A stretch of DNA of 63,020 bases, the filler included, from Perkinsus chesapeaki ATCC PRA-425 (taxonomy: Eukaryota; Protista; Perkinsozoa): the NCBI GenBank assembly GCA_013115145.1. It is 8 parts of 8 records of this genome, joined end to end, with 100 filler letters (N's around TTAATTAATTAA, not from the genome) between each part and the next. Parts side by side here need not be neighbours in the genome. Positions count along the whole stretch, not along the records: positions 1 to 14,388 come from JAAPAO010000754.1; 7 more parts are not named here. One strand, written 5' to 3'. Shown here in pieces: positions 1 through 11,899 of the stretch. Under the pieces are notes generated by a model, which was not told the origin of the DNA, searched no databases, and saw only the letters and a list, made by a program, of their open reading frames with translations. Positions within the stretch are counted from its first letter, which is position 1. Every line of letters starts with the position of its first letter. Made by a program: the position numbers and the translations under genes.

Positions 1-291
1 AATTTCCGTGTGACGGCTGATATCCTCGATATAAGCTTCCAGTATCCTGCTGAACTGTTTTTCCACCTTCGAGATGGGATCGGAATGTGCAACTGACAAG
101 AGTTCTCTGCAGAGTTCTCCCACCATTATCGGAGTTCGTGGCTGCGTCGAGACTCTATCAGTTGGTGAAGTACCGGCAGTGAGAGTTAATATCCGCAAAG
201 GTTCTCGATCTGGAAAGATCTCGATCACACCGATCTCAATACGGGGCACCTCGAAGGCCAGGTCGGCATCCAGCTGGGCCACACTAGTACT
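1..291 (-). CDS. In-frame continuation after the Gag UGA (partial, runs off the window; possible pol start)
   Basis: The frame of the gag ORF stays open for all 97 codons after the TGA at 292-294 (STSVAQLDADLAFEVPRIEIG...EDISRHTEI). No protease motif is visible yet. Confidence 0.45.
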
Positions 292-1887
292 TCAGGATGT
301 CGGCTTATTAGAGACAGCTCCATTGATCTGTTCCAGAGAATAAGGACAGACCCCAGACCGATGAGGACCTTGGGAAGGCAAACTACTCAAGTTCTTACAC
401 CTGGTGCAGTGCAAGCTAGCCACACTCAGAGGGCATTGTGTCGACTGGTGTTTACTGCTACCACACTTACACCTAACCGATATACTCCTAGGGGTGGTAG
501 CATCACAGCTATCAACCTTATGGTCTTTAGAATAGCACCGTTTACAACCTTGAAAGCTGGGCTTGGAGTTGGCCGTCTGCTGTTGATTTGTTGCCGACTT
601 CGTTGCCTCTCGGCTATCAAGCCGTGTTGTGCTAACCATGGCAAGACTTGTGGTGGATGGACATTCCCGACCAAGTGTACGAGCCTTCCGCTTTAATCTC
701 TGGCAAATTTCAAATAAAACATCAAATGTGCCAAATCGACCTTCTCGAGCCATTTGCTGAGCTTCATCATAATACCAAGACCGGAATGGGTCAGATAGAG
801 AGAGCTGGAGCGCGTTGCTTAAGTGGTCAACGTCTAGCTGAACAGATCTTGAAGCGGAACAAAATCTGAGCTCTTCGATGAGATCTTCTACCTGTCGTAG
901 ATGTTCATTAAGTGACTGATCACGTTGTTGTAGGGTTAAAATTTTCTGCAAAATACCGGTCACATAGACGGAGTTAGTATAGTAATCACCCAGATAAGAA
1001 GTGATAAAATCATATAGCTCCGTGTAAAAGTACCGAGAGCGAAGATTCGCTCGACTGAGAGAGTGTCGTCCAAATGCTTTCTTGATCTCATCGCTCAGCT
1101 TCGGGGTAATGGCACAGCCCATGAAGGCTCTCACCGCAACGGCTTCCGAAGGCGATGTCCACTTTGCATAGCAGAACTCCTCCCACTTGCGCAGCACCGT
1201 TGACACTGCGTGACTGTCATTCCTCTCGTCGAACGCAAGGTTGCCTTCATCCCTCCAGGCGGCTGATAGTTGATCTGACGAACGCATAGTATTACGCCAT
1301 TCGTCGTCACTTATCCAGTCATCGAACCTAGTCGAGCTCTTGCTCCCTCCTTTGTTGTCAAAATGCGTCTGCCGGATTGGCATATGAGAGCCTGGCCCGC
1401 CTGGTTGGTCCGAATATTGGCGATCGCCCATATTGAGCAGATCAGTATCAGAGGCCGCGTTAACAGTTACCGAAGTCGACGATTGAACCTTACCAACCAG
1501 GGGTACCTTCAAGCTTGCTTTATTGACATCGGAGACATTTTCATCATTGACCGAATTAAAGGGAATCGGTTGTGACACTCTCACTGGATTCGCAGCCTGA
1601 GGGAGCGGACGAATCTTCAAGGCCATTCCTGGCGGGGTAGGAACCTCATATGCCACAGTTGGAGATACTTCCAGAGTCCGTCTCAAAGCGCGAGATCGAC
1701 TCGGGGGTAGACTCACGTGGCGGACTTCAGCCCCAGCCAAGCGCATTGAGCGTCTTGGATGAGCTGTTTGGTCCTGCGATAGACCACCATTACCAATATG
1801 AGGTGGGTGTTGTTGACCATGCATACCATGAGCTTGTTGAATATGTGGTTGAATCGTAGATAGAAGGTTGGCGTTAGAGTTGGCCAT
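292..1887 (-). CDS. LTR-retrotransposon Gag-like protein (element 1)
   Basis: Intronless ORF; the first ATG (MANSNANLL) is at 1887. The C-terminus has zinc knuckles CKRCYSKDHKVDSC (Cx2Cx4Hx4C) and CKCGSSKHQSTQC, plus a third C/H cluster (CTRC...H..GVC). The helical central region is typical of Gag. Confidence 0.8.
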   Translation of the reverse strand: MANSNANLLSTIQPHIQQAHGMHGQQHPPHIGNGGLSQDQTAHPRRSMRLAGAEVRHVSLPPSRSRALRRTLEVSPTVAYEVPTPPGMALKIRPLPQAANPVRVSQPIPFNSVNDENVSDVNKASLKVPLVGKVQSSTSVTVNAASDTDLLNMGDRQYSDQPGGPGSHMPIRQTHFDNKGGSKSSTRFDDWISDDEWRNTMRSSDQLSAAWRDEGNLAFDERNDSHAVSTVLRKWEEFCYAKWTSPSEAVAVRAFMGCAITPKLSDEIKKAFGRHSLSRANLRSRYFYTELYDFITSYLGDYYTNSVYVTGILQKILTLQQRDQSLNEHLRQVEDLIEELRFCSASRSVQLDVDHLSNALQLSLSDPFRSWYYDEAQQMAREGRFGTFDVLFEICQRLKRKARTLGRECPSTTSLAMVSTTRLDSREATKSATNQQQTANSKPSFQGCKRCYSKDHKVDSCDATTPRSISVRCKCGSSKHQSTQCPLSVASLHCTRCKNLSSLPSQGPHRSGVCPYSLEQINGAVSNKPTS

Positions 1888-2796
1888 CCCGGTAGAAAAT
1901 TCGTTAGTTGAACGCAAGAGATCCAAGTTGTGGAGAGTAATAGCAGTATATGAATGCAGTACGGAGAAAGAGAGACGCACGCGCTAGCGCTAGGAGACAC
2001 TGCGCAGCGTACTTGTGCAAATCTTGCAATCTAGCAATTACGTAACGACGCGTTTGAATGAAATGAATTAATTATTTATCGAGCGGGCGCGCGCCGAATA
2101 CTGTGGCGCGCAAGAAACATAGATGACAGTCGCAAATCGTTCAGAGGACTGGGTAACCAGAGAATTGTTACATATAGGCAACCAGAAGAGTGGGAACGAG
2201 ACGCATGAGACGGCAAATCGCTCGCTTGGCAAAAGCGGGCCGAAGGCCCGCGTTTTTACCATAAAACAAGTCCCCTATGGGCTTGCACACGTTCGGACCG
2301 GAATGCGCACAGGTTGGGACCGCGCAGCACAACAAAATGCCTATCTCAAGATGTTCCATACTGCCGGCCAAAGAATTATAGAATGTACGCCTCAATGTTG
2401 AACTGGAAATACCTTATTTTTATCAAGTAACCGGCGCAAGGTGATACCTTACTGACCAGTCTTTGAGTTTATACGGCGTGGTTGAACGGTAAAAGCTTCT
2501 AAATGATGTTAATTTCTTTCACTTTGTGACTTTTGTCCATTCTCAGCCGAGGCTCCCAGAGATGAATTGCCAAAAGGTTATCTTTTCATAGTTCCCCATT
2601 ATTCTGATAGTCATCTAACTCGGATTTTAGTGTCGAAGTTAAGCTACATATTCCATCTTGGTAACCTTTCCCGATCTTATCTCATTAACCAAACAATTTA
2701 GGATGTTAGCTTGACCTACAATGTACTTTAATTTCGGGGTTTCTCGTATGTTTGATAATATCACAATTATTGCTGGTACATACCTATTAGACAGGA

Positions 2797-4836
2797 TTGA
2801 TGTACTCTTGTAGGGTGGTTTTTTGGATTTTAATCTATCCGATGGCCTGGATAAGTAATAGGCGTGGAAAGGAGTACAGTCCAAAAGGAGAAGGGGAGAT
2901 ATCTGATGATAATATACAAGATAAAACAACAATTAATAAAATTAATAATAAAGATAAAATACTTGCCCCCGTGATAGATGATAGTAGTATGGTTATAGAA
3001 CCATTTGAACTTGGTATGGCTGATGGTTATTATGATGATGAGGGTGGTGGTGGTGTTAATACGATCAAACAACAAGGCGATTATAGGCAAGAAGGAGACG
3101 AAGAGCGGTTATTATCATCATCATCAAGCGAAGGTGGTGGTGGTAATGGTAATACTATACTATTACCTGATACTTATTCACATGTTATAATGGATTGTGA
3201 TAATATAAGTGGTGGGAATAATAATATAGTAGAATATAATAAAGGTGTATTAGCCGATGATGATGAGAATGATGATAATATTGGTGATGATGGTGGAATG
3301 TTATGGAATATTAAAAAGAATATAATGAATAAGTAATAATAACCCCACAGAACATATTGTATAGTAGGAAGAGGACACATCATCATTCATCAGGGGGCTA
3401 TCATGGTCTGATAGACTTCTTGATACTACTGAAGCAGCATTAGATGTAACAGAGAAAGCAGTTGGGTTTATATTATCTGATGATAACAATAATAATAATA
3501 ATACTTTACCAACAACAACAGCTGGTGATAAGACAGGGAATAGAGTGTACTAAGGGGATGGTGGTGGTGATGGTTTAATGTTTGATGATATAATACTTAG
3601 GTTGGGATATAAGTGTGAAAGTGATGAAGAGGAGGATGAGGAGGAGGATAATGAAGAAAAATATCATTCATTATCAGAATCGGTTATTGATTATAGTTCT
3701 AGTGAATCCGAATCAGCTGCTACAGCTGTAAGTGTGAGGCAACAACAACAACAACCAGGAAGAGTTAATGAAGAGGAGGATCAGCAATATAGACCACGGT
3801 AATTACAACAAAACTATAACATATCAATACTTGGTCGATAGGTTTATTAGTGCAACATCGGATATAGGAGCACTGAATGGGAAGCCAGCAGCAACAACAA
3901 CAACAGCAGCAGCAGGTGTTATACCACGGTTAACCGGACCACCACCAACACTTTTACCTGGACAAAAAGTAATAATAGGGATGAGATTATGGTTATATAT
4001 TGTTGGTATTAGTTGAATAATGATGATACTACTGCTGTTGATGATGCTATATTAGAAGATACATTGCGAAGCATGAAACGGATAAGATTGGATACAGAGA
4101 GCAATAATAGTTGGAGTGGGGATAGACAACAAGATGGGGGGGTTACTCAACAACAAGAGGATGATGATTTAGCAGCATTTGAAGCACGTCAACAGCTTTT
4201 ACAGGTATAAAGGATACTAATGATGTTAATAGTAGTAGTGCTATATAGGATGAAGCTGATGCTATGAGTACTATATCAACCGCATCATCAATGAAAAGGG
4301 GTAGGTCTAGTATACCTATATCGGGATATAATGATGATATAATATTCCCTGATCGTCGGCATAATCATCATCATATTCGTGATGATGATAATTTAAGTGG
4401 TGCTGGTGGTAGTAGTATTAATGGTGATAATAATAATGGAAATCATCATCATCATTTATGTAGAAGGCAAAGATGGATTCGGGTTCGTGATAGAGTACAA
4501 CAAGTATCATCTACTATATATGGTGCAAGTTGGTCACAAGTTAAACAAGGATCTCTACGTGCTACAGGGTGTATGGCTGGTATGGCTGCTCAAAAGGTTA
4601 AATCAATGGTTGTTGGCGGAGGAGGAGGAGGAGGAGGAGGAGGGAGTCAATCGTCATCATTATCATCAACAGCATCATCGTATATAAATAATGCTTTAAC
4701 GAATGGTGATCCACAACTATCATCATCATCGGGTATGGCTGATTCTCAATGTGCAGTTATCTCTGATGAAGGTCCCGATGATAGGGTTACCACTTGTGCT
4801 GATAGTACATATAATAATAACAACAACAGCCCATGA
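2797..4836 (+). CDS. Hypothetical low-complexity (D/N/G/S/Q-rich) protein, multi-exon, boundaries approximate
   Basis: Successive + ORFs 2797-3336, 3578-3802, 4013-4210 and 4264-4836 share codon-repeat composition (GAT/AAT/GGA runs) and are separated by short AT-rich gaps with GT..AG motifs. Confidence 0.45.
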
Positions 4837-4849
4837 AGTTATTCAACTT

Positions 4850-7620
4850 GCTGCTGCTGCAGCTGCGCCGCTATTTCTCTACATTATCGTACTACTGCTA
4901 CTACTGTCATTTTTATCATAATATAGTAAAAGTATCAGTGATTTCTGAATAGTCTGTATCACATCTTTACGAATTTACCGGCTACTTAGGATGTAAATGA
5001 TGATGATGATGCTGACCAATTCCATTCATTCCGCTCTTGCTATGCTGATGGCGACTTTCCCCGCGTATTCGAAAAGTCGTTGTAGTAGTAGATAGTTGTA
5101 TGATATTCTCTGATTTGTATTAATCCTCTCAGGATTCATTAGCTACCTTGAAGACAGCTTGTTATTATTATTATAATAATGATGATATTTTATAAGTATT
5201 AAATATCATCATGATTTGTTGTGAATAATGACTAATATCATAATAACCATCTTCATGTTCCTTCTCGTCTATCGGAAAAAGTTCCTACTACCACCGAGTA
5301 ATTATTTTACGCCCCAAAACAACAACAACAGCAATTGAGAACTACTTGCGATGCGTGGAATGAGTAACTGACGATTACGATACTGATGATACTGCTATCT
5401 GGTCATAAGTTCCGGATGTTAATGTATTGTACGGTGTTCATCTTTTATCAAACCATACTTATTACTCATCATCATCATTTGGCACCAAAATAATGAAACT
5501 GCCATTATGGCCACGATACTTTCCACGATTTTTACTGGTGTATACGAAGGTGATGATGATGATGGATAGTATCAGATATTAGAGGCATTCATGATGAGCT
5601 CTTTAAGAGTGAATGGACATTATCGTATCTGTCGTTTATTATCGGTTGTTGCTGCTGTTGTTGCTGCTGCTAATCGTGTTACCTTCTCGTTATAAGCATA
5701 GTTTACTACGTGATTAAACGTTATTCAAGTTCAATCATGTACGATTGCTGTTGCGGTTATCACCGTTATTAGGCTGAAAGTAGTTATACTCGGTTTGTAT
5801 TCTTATGGGCAATAAAATGCTTTTACGTACTATTACCTATCATCACTCTACTATTACCATTAACCCTTCATTATCATATAGCAAATAACCTTGTGTTGTT
5901 AGTGTAGAGTATGAGGTATGTATAGTAACGTAAATGCCACTGTAACACCACATCATCAGACAAAGGAAAAAGGGGCAGCAAAGCATCTCTCGCATTACTG
6001 GCAGTTATTTACTGCTATCGGATAAACCAGGTGAAGATAGTTGTGAAAGTATCAGATTAACAATAGTGGTGATAATAGGTTCATAGGCACTCACTTGATG
6101 ATGAAAGTATAGTCGTACAGAAAGGGTCACTGACTCGGCTTAGTCCTATACGCGTCTAGCACCTATACTGTACTCAATGGCAAAAATGATATAATGGAAA
6201 GTACCTAACATATATATCAGTGGTTGGTAACATACAATATAACTTATATACCAATAAGATAGTTGCGGCTATTATGTGGTCAACCTGGCAATAGTGACCA
6301 GTTATTTTGCCGATAATTATGTCTATGATACTTTGAAGAACAAACCCGACGGCTCTGAGCCCTTTAATATGGGCTGATATTTGTAAATGATATCTGTGAT
6401 AAAATGGTGAATAATATGAGGGGAAGATTATTGTTACGGAGTAGGTTGATATATTTGATGAACTGCTGATGGTAGATGTGCTTTAAAGGGCATTAAGCCC
6501 ATTCCAGTGAGAATAATTGATAACGCCACAATCAAGTAATGATAAATCTCTACCTTATTCACTTGTGCCCAATCATCTATACCATCTTCATCCACCTGAA
6601 TCGTAACTTTAATATTTTTATGATAACATTTTGTAATATCACAGATTTAATAAAGTTGAGTGTCCCCAAATATACCCATCCATCAGGACCAACATTGTCA
6701 GTAACTGCTGCAGCTGATAGTACAATAGAATATGAAAGAGCCAATATTAGAGATATGATACCAAATACGAGAACCTATAAAAACAGTAATATTATAATGT
6801 ACCACATTGTTATGAACTCACAGCTTTAATGGTGAAATAACCCTTGTAAACAGCCAATCCTAGTAAGAATGATATAACACCGTCAACAAATAAAGCAAAA
6901 CCTGTAACCAAACCAGAGCTCTTCGGACCAATACGAGGTGTTGATATGTATAATACGAAATCACTATAAACATAAGCTTCAACCTGACAAGGAATAAAGA
7001 AGCATCGGCGTCTAGGCATAAACCGAGTGGATTGGATCTCCACAATATCTGATATTCTGTGAACTACGCAGGACTTCTGATGTAATTCCGTGAATGCGAT
7101 ATTCTTATGAAGGGTCAACCAACGTACACCAGCGTACTAAAGGCCAAAGTTTGTCCATCAAACTGTAGGCCAATGAAATGCACAACTGAAGAAGTGAAAC
7201 TTACCATTCCACATAATACAAGTAGGATTGCATATGGGCGAAAGCGACTATTAGTGAATGGAAGAATGACAGTTTTCCAAGGTGATACATATGGTGTAGG
7301 AGTGCCTGATAAAAGAATGGTCCGTAATAGTAGCAATTCTTTCATTGTAATCTTACCAGGAATAACATCACTACGTGGACATGGTGGTATGCCCAGATAA
7401 CAGAATGCTCCAACTAAAGATATCATACCAAGAGACCAGAATGCTAGTAGTTTATATCTGAAATTGAGGGTATGTCGAATTGATGGGCATGTAGTACTGG
7501 CCAAGGTTTAGGCTCTGAGCCTGTGACTGTATTGTAACGCCTAATATTATCAATAATATCCCTGCACCAGTATAAAACCCAAAGTATATTCCGTAAAACC
7601 TGAGAAAATATTCATGTAAT
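4850..7620 (-). CDS. Multi-pass membrane protein, paralog A (transporter-like), multi-exon, approximate
   Basis: Hydrophobic exons such as FYGIYFGFYTGAGILLIILGVTIQ and VEAYVYSDFVLYISTPRIGPKSSGLVTGFALFVDGVISFLLGLAVYKGY, with AT-rich introns between them. Confidence 0.5.
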
Positions 7621-9285
7621 AGTGCCACTATGTGATTTAACCCATTACTAGCTTTTGACAAAGCGTGCGACGTCACCAAATGCAGCACTTAAGCTTCGCT
7701 CATCGAAGTTCGGAATAATTCCGCTCAAGGAAATTATTTCCTTCAAATAGAGTTCACGAGAGTTTTCGCAAAATACAATAATAATACTGTAGTGTCATGA
7801 TACAACGGGTCATGCAATACAACAAATCGTCATGAGTTGTCTTATACTGCAAGCTCAGCCAAATTACTTCCGGTCACACTTCCTCCTCGGCCTACTCAGA
7901 TTAATTGTTATTCGCCTACGAATCTTTATACGGTATGACTTATACCTGCATCCGTCTACGACTTGCGTCGAAAGAATGAACGGGATATCTCGACATCACT
8001 GGGGGGCTCAGCCGGGAACCTCTCCGACTTTAACTCAACTTTAACTGATCAAGACTGCCATGACGGCAGTCTTAAAGCATGAAATGCGGGAGGATTCTGT
8101 CATGCTACATCCTCTGTCAACGACACGGAGTTCATCAAAGTAATGATAAGAGACCCCGGAACTACCCGAGTGGACCCCAGTTTAGCAATGGTGGGATGAT
8201 GGCTGAAACTTTGATGTATCGTAATGTGGTGTCGAGGGCCGTTTCTATCGCTGGTATTCTACTCATGGCCAGAGGATCTGCAGACTTCGACGCGTGTGAT
8301 TCGGTTTACAACTCTACTGATGACAAAAGGATGCTCCACATGAATTTCATGGAAGCGGAGACAGTCATGTTTGGTTGGTTCCTTGGTCACCCCTCACTTA
8401 GAAGTGATATGGCAAGATGGGCGGAAAGGATGGGGTTTAAGGTCATTTAATCGAACAAAGCTCTCTTCAAGTACCTCGGCTGGCATTGCCCTTGGTCAAG
8501 AAATGTTTCCTTGATTCGCGTTGAAGGTGGAGCTCATAACTATTATAAAAGGGGGAATCTTGATGTTGCTCAATATTCGGTTCGCTTCCTCACAGCACCA
8601 AACTCTTAAATCCGTACTACAGATTTTCCGAAACGAACTGCTGTTAATCTCACTTCCTGCTGTTGGTCGTATGCTCGGATGGCATCCGGATATCTATCAC
8701 GCAATTCGCGTGACGCATAGTATACCGCGGGATAATCAGGGATTATCAATCTGAAAGACTATACCATCATCCTACACTTCACTCGTAGCATGAGTAATAC
8801 GAAACCAGGAGAGCGTGCACTTCCTCTGGGAGCGCAACGAGAATCTCATTATGGTTTGCGTTTTCACCAATTGGTGGCACGTGCAGACATCAATTATTCT
8901 GATTATTACATGTTTAATATAGCGGTAACTTATGGCAGGTTGACTGCCACAGGCTGCGGTTCGCAGCCAAGATGGACATTGCTTCTGCGACATGTTTTCG
9001 AAATAACAAGCATACATCTGATGACAGATTTATCTTGACAACGTGACAAAGAATAACTTTAGACAATGGACCGTCTCCGGTGGTTTGCGTCGCGGAAGTT
9101 CCGGACGGTCCGTGGTCACCACGGATCCGGGGGGCTACGTAAAACACTTACATTAATATTATAAATTTCTGTCATGACCGTTTCGTCACACATAGTCGAT
9201 TTGAGGGCGAGAGAAATTTTCACGTGCGCGCAAGCTGTAAATTTTCGATATGCACGACACGTTTGTGCAGCTTTATCAATTTCTA

Positions 9286-9725
9286 ATGGGACGCGGGAAA
9301 CTTCTGTCGACCTCTGAACGCTCCACTATCATCCAGTGTCTCGCTAAAGGCGATGTAGTAGCGGACATTGCCCGTGAACTGGACAGAGATGTTCGTACCA
9401 TCCAGCGCTTCATGATGAAGCCTTCATCGCGAACCCTTCACATGAATATAAGAGATCGAAAGGCCCGTACAAGACGAGCGTAACGAAGCGCGAGCGCACA
9501 AGGATTAAGAAAGAGCTTGCCAAGAACCCATTGGCCACTAGCCGGACTATTTTTGAGGCCGCTGGGGTGACCTCAAAGTCCAGAGCAACTCGCTGCAAAG
9601 TGCTTAGCGAGGTGGGAGCGATGCAGAAAGCTCGAGCGAAGCCGTATTTGAGCAAGAAGCACCGCGATGCAAGGGTCAAATGGGCTTGTGATAATATGAA
9701 GACGGAGGTCAGGCATGTTATTTGG
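9286..9725 (+). mobile_element. Tc1/mariner (Tc3-like) transposase N-terminal remnant, frameshifted and truncated
   Basis: MGRGKLLSTSERSTIIQCLAKGDVVADIARELDRDVRTIQRFM matches the Tc3-type HTH. A second frame gives the HTH_Tnp_Tc3_2-like KPYLSKKHRDARVKWACDNM..VIWFS, which stops where the DDE domain should begin. Confidence 0.75.
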
Positions 9726-9739
9726 TTTTCGGGTGGAGA

Positions 9740-10153
9740 AAGGGGTTAAGATGGGCTCAACCGAGTAAACACCTTCTATCAAATCGCGTGAGCGCCATTT
9801 GTAAAGGTACTGCAAGCCCCTGGATCGCCTGGATACATAAACTCTGTCGTAAGGTGCTCACCATCGGAGCGGGGTCGGCCAGCGCCGAACGAACCTTTTC
9901 GAGAGTGGGTCGCATCTTATGCAGTAAAAGGTCCCGACTATCACAGTTACATCTGCAGTACTTGGTCAAGATATCCAGTAACGGTGTTGATGTACCGCAT
10001 CCTAAGTCAACAAGCTGGGAGAACCGCTCAGGCGAAGTCGACTCCATTATTGAGTCGGCCTTCGCGGATTTCTGTAAATGTCCCCGGAGGTTGTGTTTGG
10101 ATGGTGACGCTACTGATGGTGATGAAGGTACAGAAAATGTTGACCACCAGTAG
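9740..10153 (+). mobile_element. hAT transposase C-terminal dimerization-domain remnant
   Basis: KLCRKVLTIGAGSASAERTFSRVGRILCSKRSRLSQLHLQYLVKI fits the hAT dimerization signature (SA.aER.FS....I....RsrL). Confidence 0.75.
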
Positions 10154-10299
10154 TACAAGTAGTAGCTAATGCTTACTACGTTACATCTCTTTTTCACCTA
10201 GCATTCAAACTTTAGTGAGAATGCTTGAGATTATATTTTCCATTAGAAGTTGCCAGTGCGTTAGAAGTTCTAACTTAGAACAGTGATTATAGGCTACAT

Positions 10300-10348
10300 T
10301 CCGTAATGTGAGATAGGCCGTAATTTATAGCCTATCTCACATTACGGA
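10300..10348. repeat. Perfect 19-bp inverted repeat with an 11-nt loop
   Basis: TCCGTAATGTGAGATAGGC (10300-10318) / GCCTATCTCACATTACGGA (10330-10348). Confidence 0.95.
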
Positions 10349-10439
10349 TTGTCCAAGTAAGGGGGTTACTAAGCCACGGGGGGTCGCGAGGGGGGTCATC
10401 CGGATTGTTGGGGGCCCGCTTACTTGGGGATACCACGTA

Positions 10440-10880
10440 GAAAAGTGGGGGCCGTTGACCCCTCTGGGGGGGCACGAGATTGAGCAGTTAGAGGCCATGA
10501 GTACGGATGGAAAATGTACACGCAGAAACGACAATAATATCCTACATGAGGGACTTTGACCACCCAGTTACCCTGCTTCACATCTTTCGGCCTACCGCTC
10601 GGAGGTTTCCGAGGAAGATCGTCAGGGCTCAGGACATTGATGGCATCCAGGACCTTAGCCTTAAACTCATCGGGAGGACCGTTCTTCTCAGATAGAGTCT
10701 CGCCGACCTCAGACACCGCCTCCGCCTTAGCAATAGCTGGCATCGGGGTCTTCATGCACTTTACCAAATGGTCATGGATTCGAAGAAGCAGTAGATTTGG
10801 GCTTCATGTAGCCTAGCATAGATGGATAACTCTTACGCGGACGCTTGGCACGACGAGGCTCTTCTGAGTTACGACTCATA
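10440..10880 (-). mobile_element. Possible transposase N-terminus (TTF/BED-like zinc-finger start), degraded
   Basis: A basic N-terminal stretch (MSRNSEEPRRAKRPRK...LGYMKPK) is followed, in another frame, by GNWVVKVPHVGYYCRFCVYIF, which resembles hAT-associated zinc-finger starts. Confidence 0.35.
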
Positions 10881-11899
10881 CTTGGGCCAATGCGGGAAAT
10901 GCCGTCTGTGGGGGATGCCAGGAGAAATGAGAGGATTACAGTGAAGGCGGCGAGCAAGAAGGTTGATAACGTAGTGGGATGCGGGAACAACAAACTGAAC
11001 CGCTCGCGATTAAAATCGAGGTCCTTGATACAGCCCTGTAATAAAATCTATAATCAGTCATCCTCAATCAGCCTTCAATCGGCCCTGTGCCCGCGTACGA
11101 TACATGCAACTTGTATGATACAAGCGCGCGCGTGCTATGCGTAAGGTGCGAATCTTCCCTAACAAACGACAGAATTCGTTTCTGAAATCTTTAGAAAATG
11201 CCAGGGTCATACTCCAGGAGCCCCAAGAAAAATTCAGCCCCCCTAATTCGTAGGTGCTGGAAACATCTTTGGTGGGAAGGGACAGGGGAGAAATTTAAGC
11301 TCATTCCTAGGTATTAACCATCTGATTCTTCGTGAGTGCTCTCGTTCCACTAATAGATAGTGCGCACAGGAGAAGTGCGTAGAACAGTCTGTAATACAGA
11401 CTCTGTATGTGCACGCCTGCTCAGAATCCGTGCGACGCGCGAGCCGCTAGTGGGAGCGACCTGGACCTCGACGCTCCAGTTATTACCCACTGTTCTCCTA
11501 AAACTATGGTCACGGGTAAGGGTTCCGCCCCTTTTCGCGGATGTTGCATACTCCATTCAACACGATTGTTACCTCGCTAGAGTTCTCCCTAGCCTCTCAT
11601 CTTCGCTCATTCGGCCATCACTATATCTACGAGCAATACGTAGGTTCGACAGCGATGATGACGGCGCTTCAAGTTGTCGGGAAATATTATGGTCATCATT
11701 TGTGGGGTCATGCACGCGGAAGTAACTGTAATACACCATAATGTTGAACGCTCAATTAATGTGATGATTTCCTACGCAGATCTCGCAACCATAGCGAACG
11801 CTCCTATAGATGATAGTGGATAGAGTACAGCAATCATAGTTTGAATTATAATATAGACAGCTATAGCACCAGGTACTGACATGAATGGTCCCTCGTTAT

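Noticed and set aside
1926-2047. Possible 5' LTR and PBS of retroelement 1
   Set aside because: No TG start, no clear CA end, an unconvincing PBS (TGGATCTC), and no second copy in the window.
9757-10197. 146-aa minus-strand ORF, and many other short antisense ORFs over gag, pol, PAP and dynein
   Set aside because: Shadow ORFs of recognisable genes on the opposite strand.
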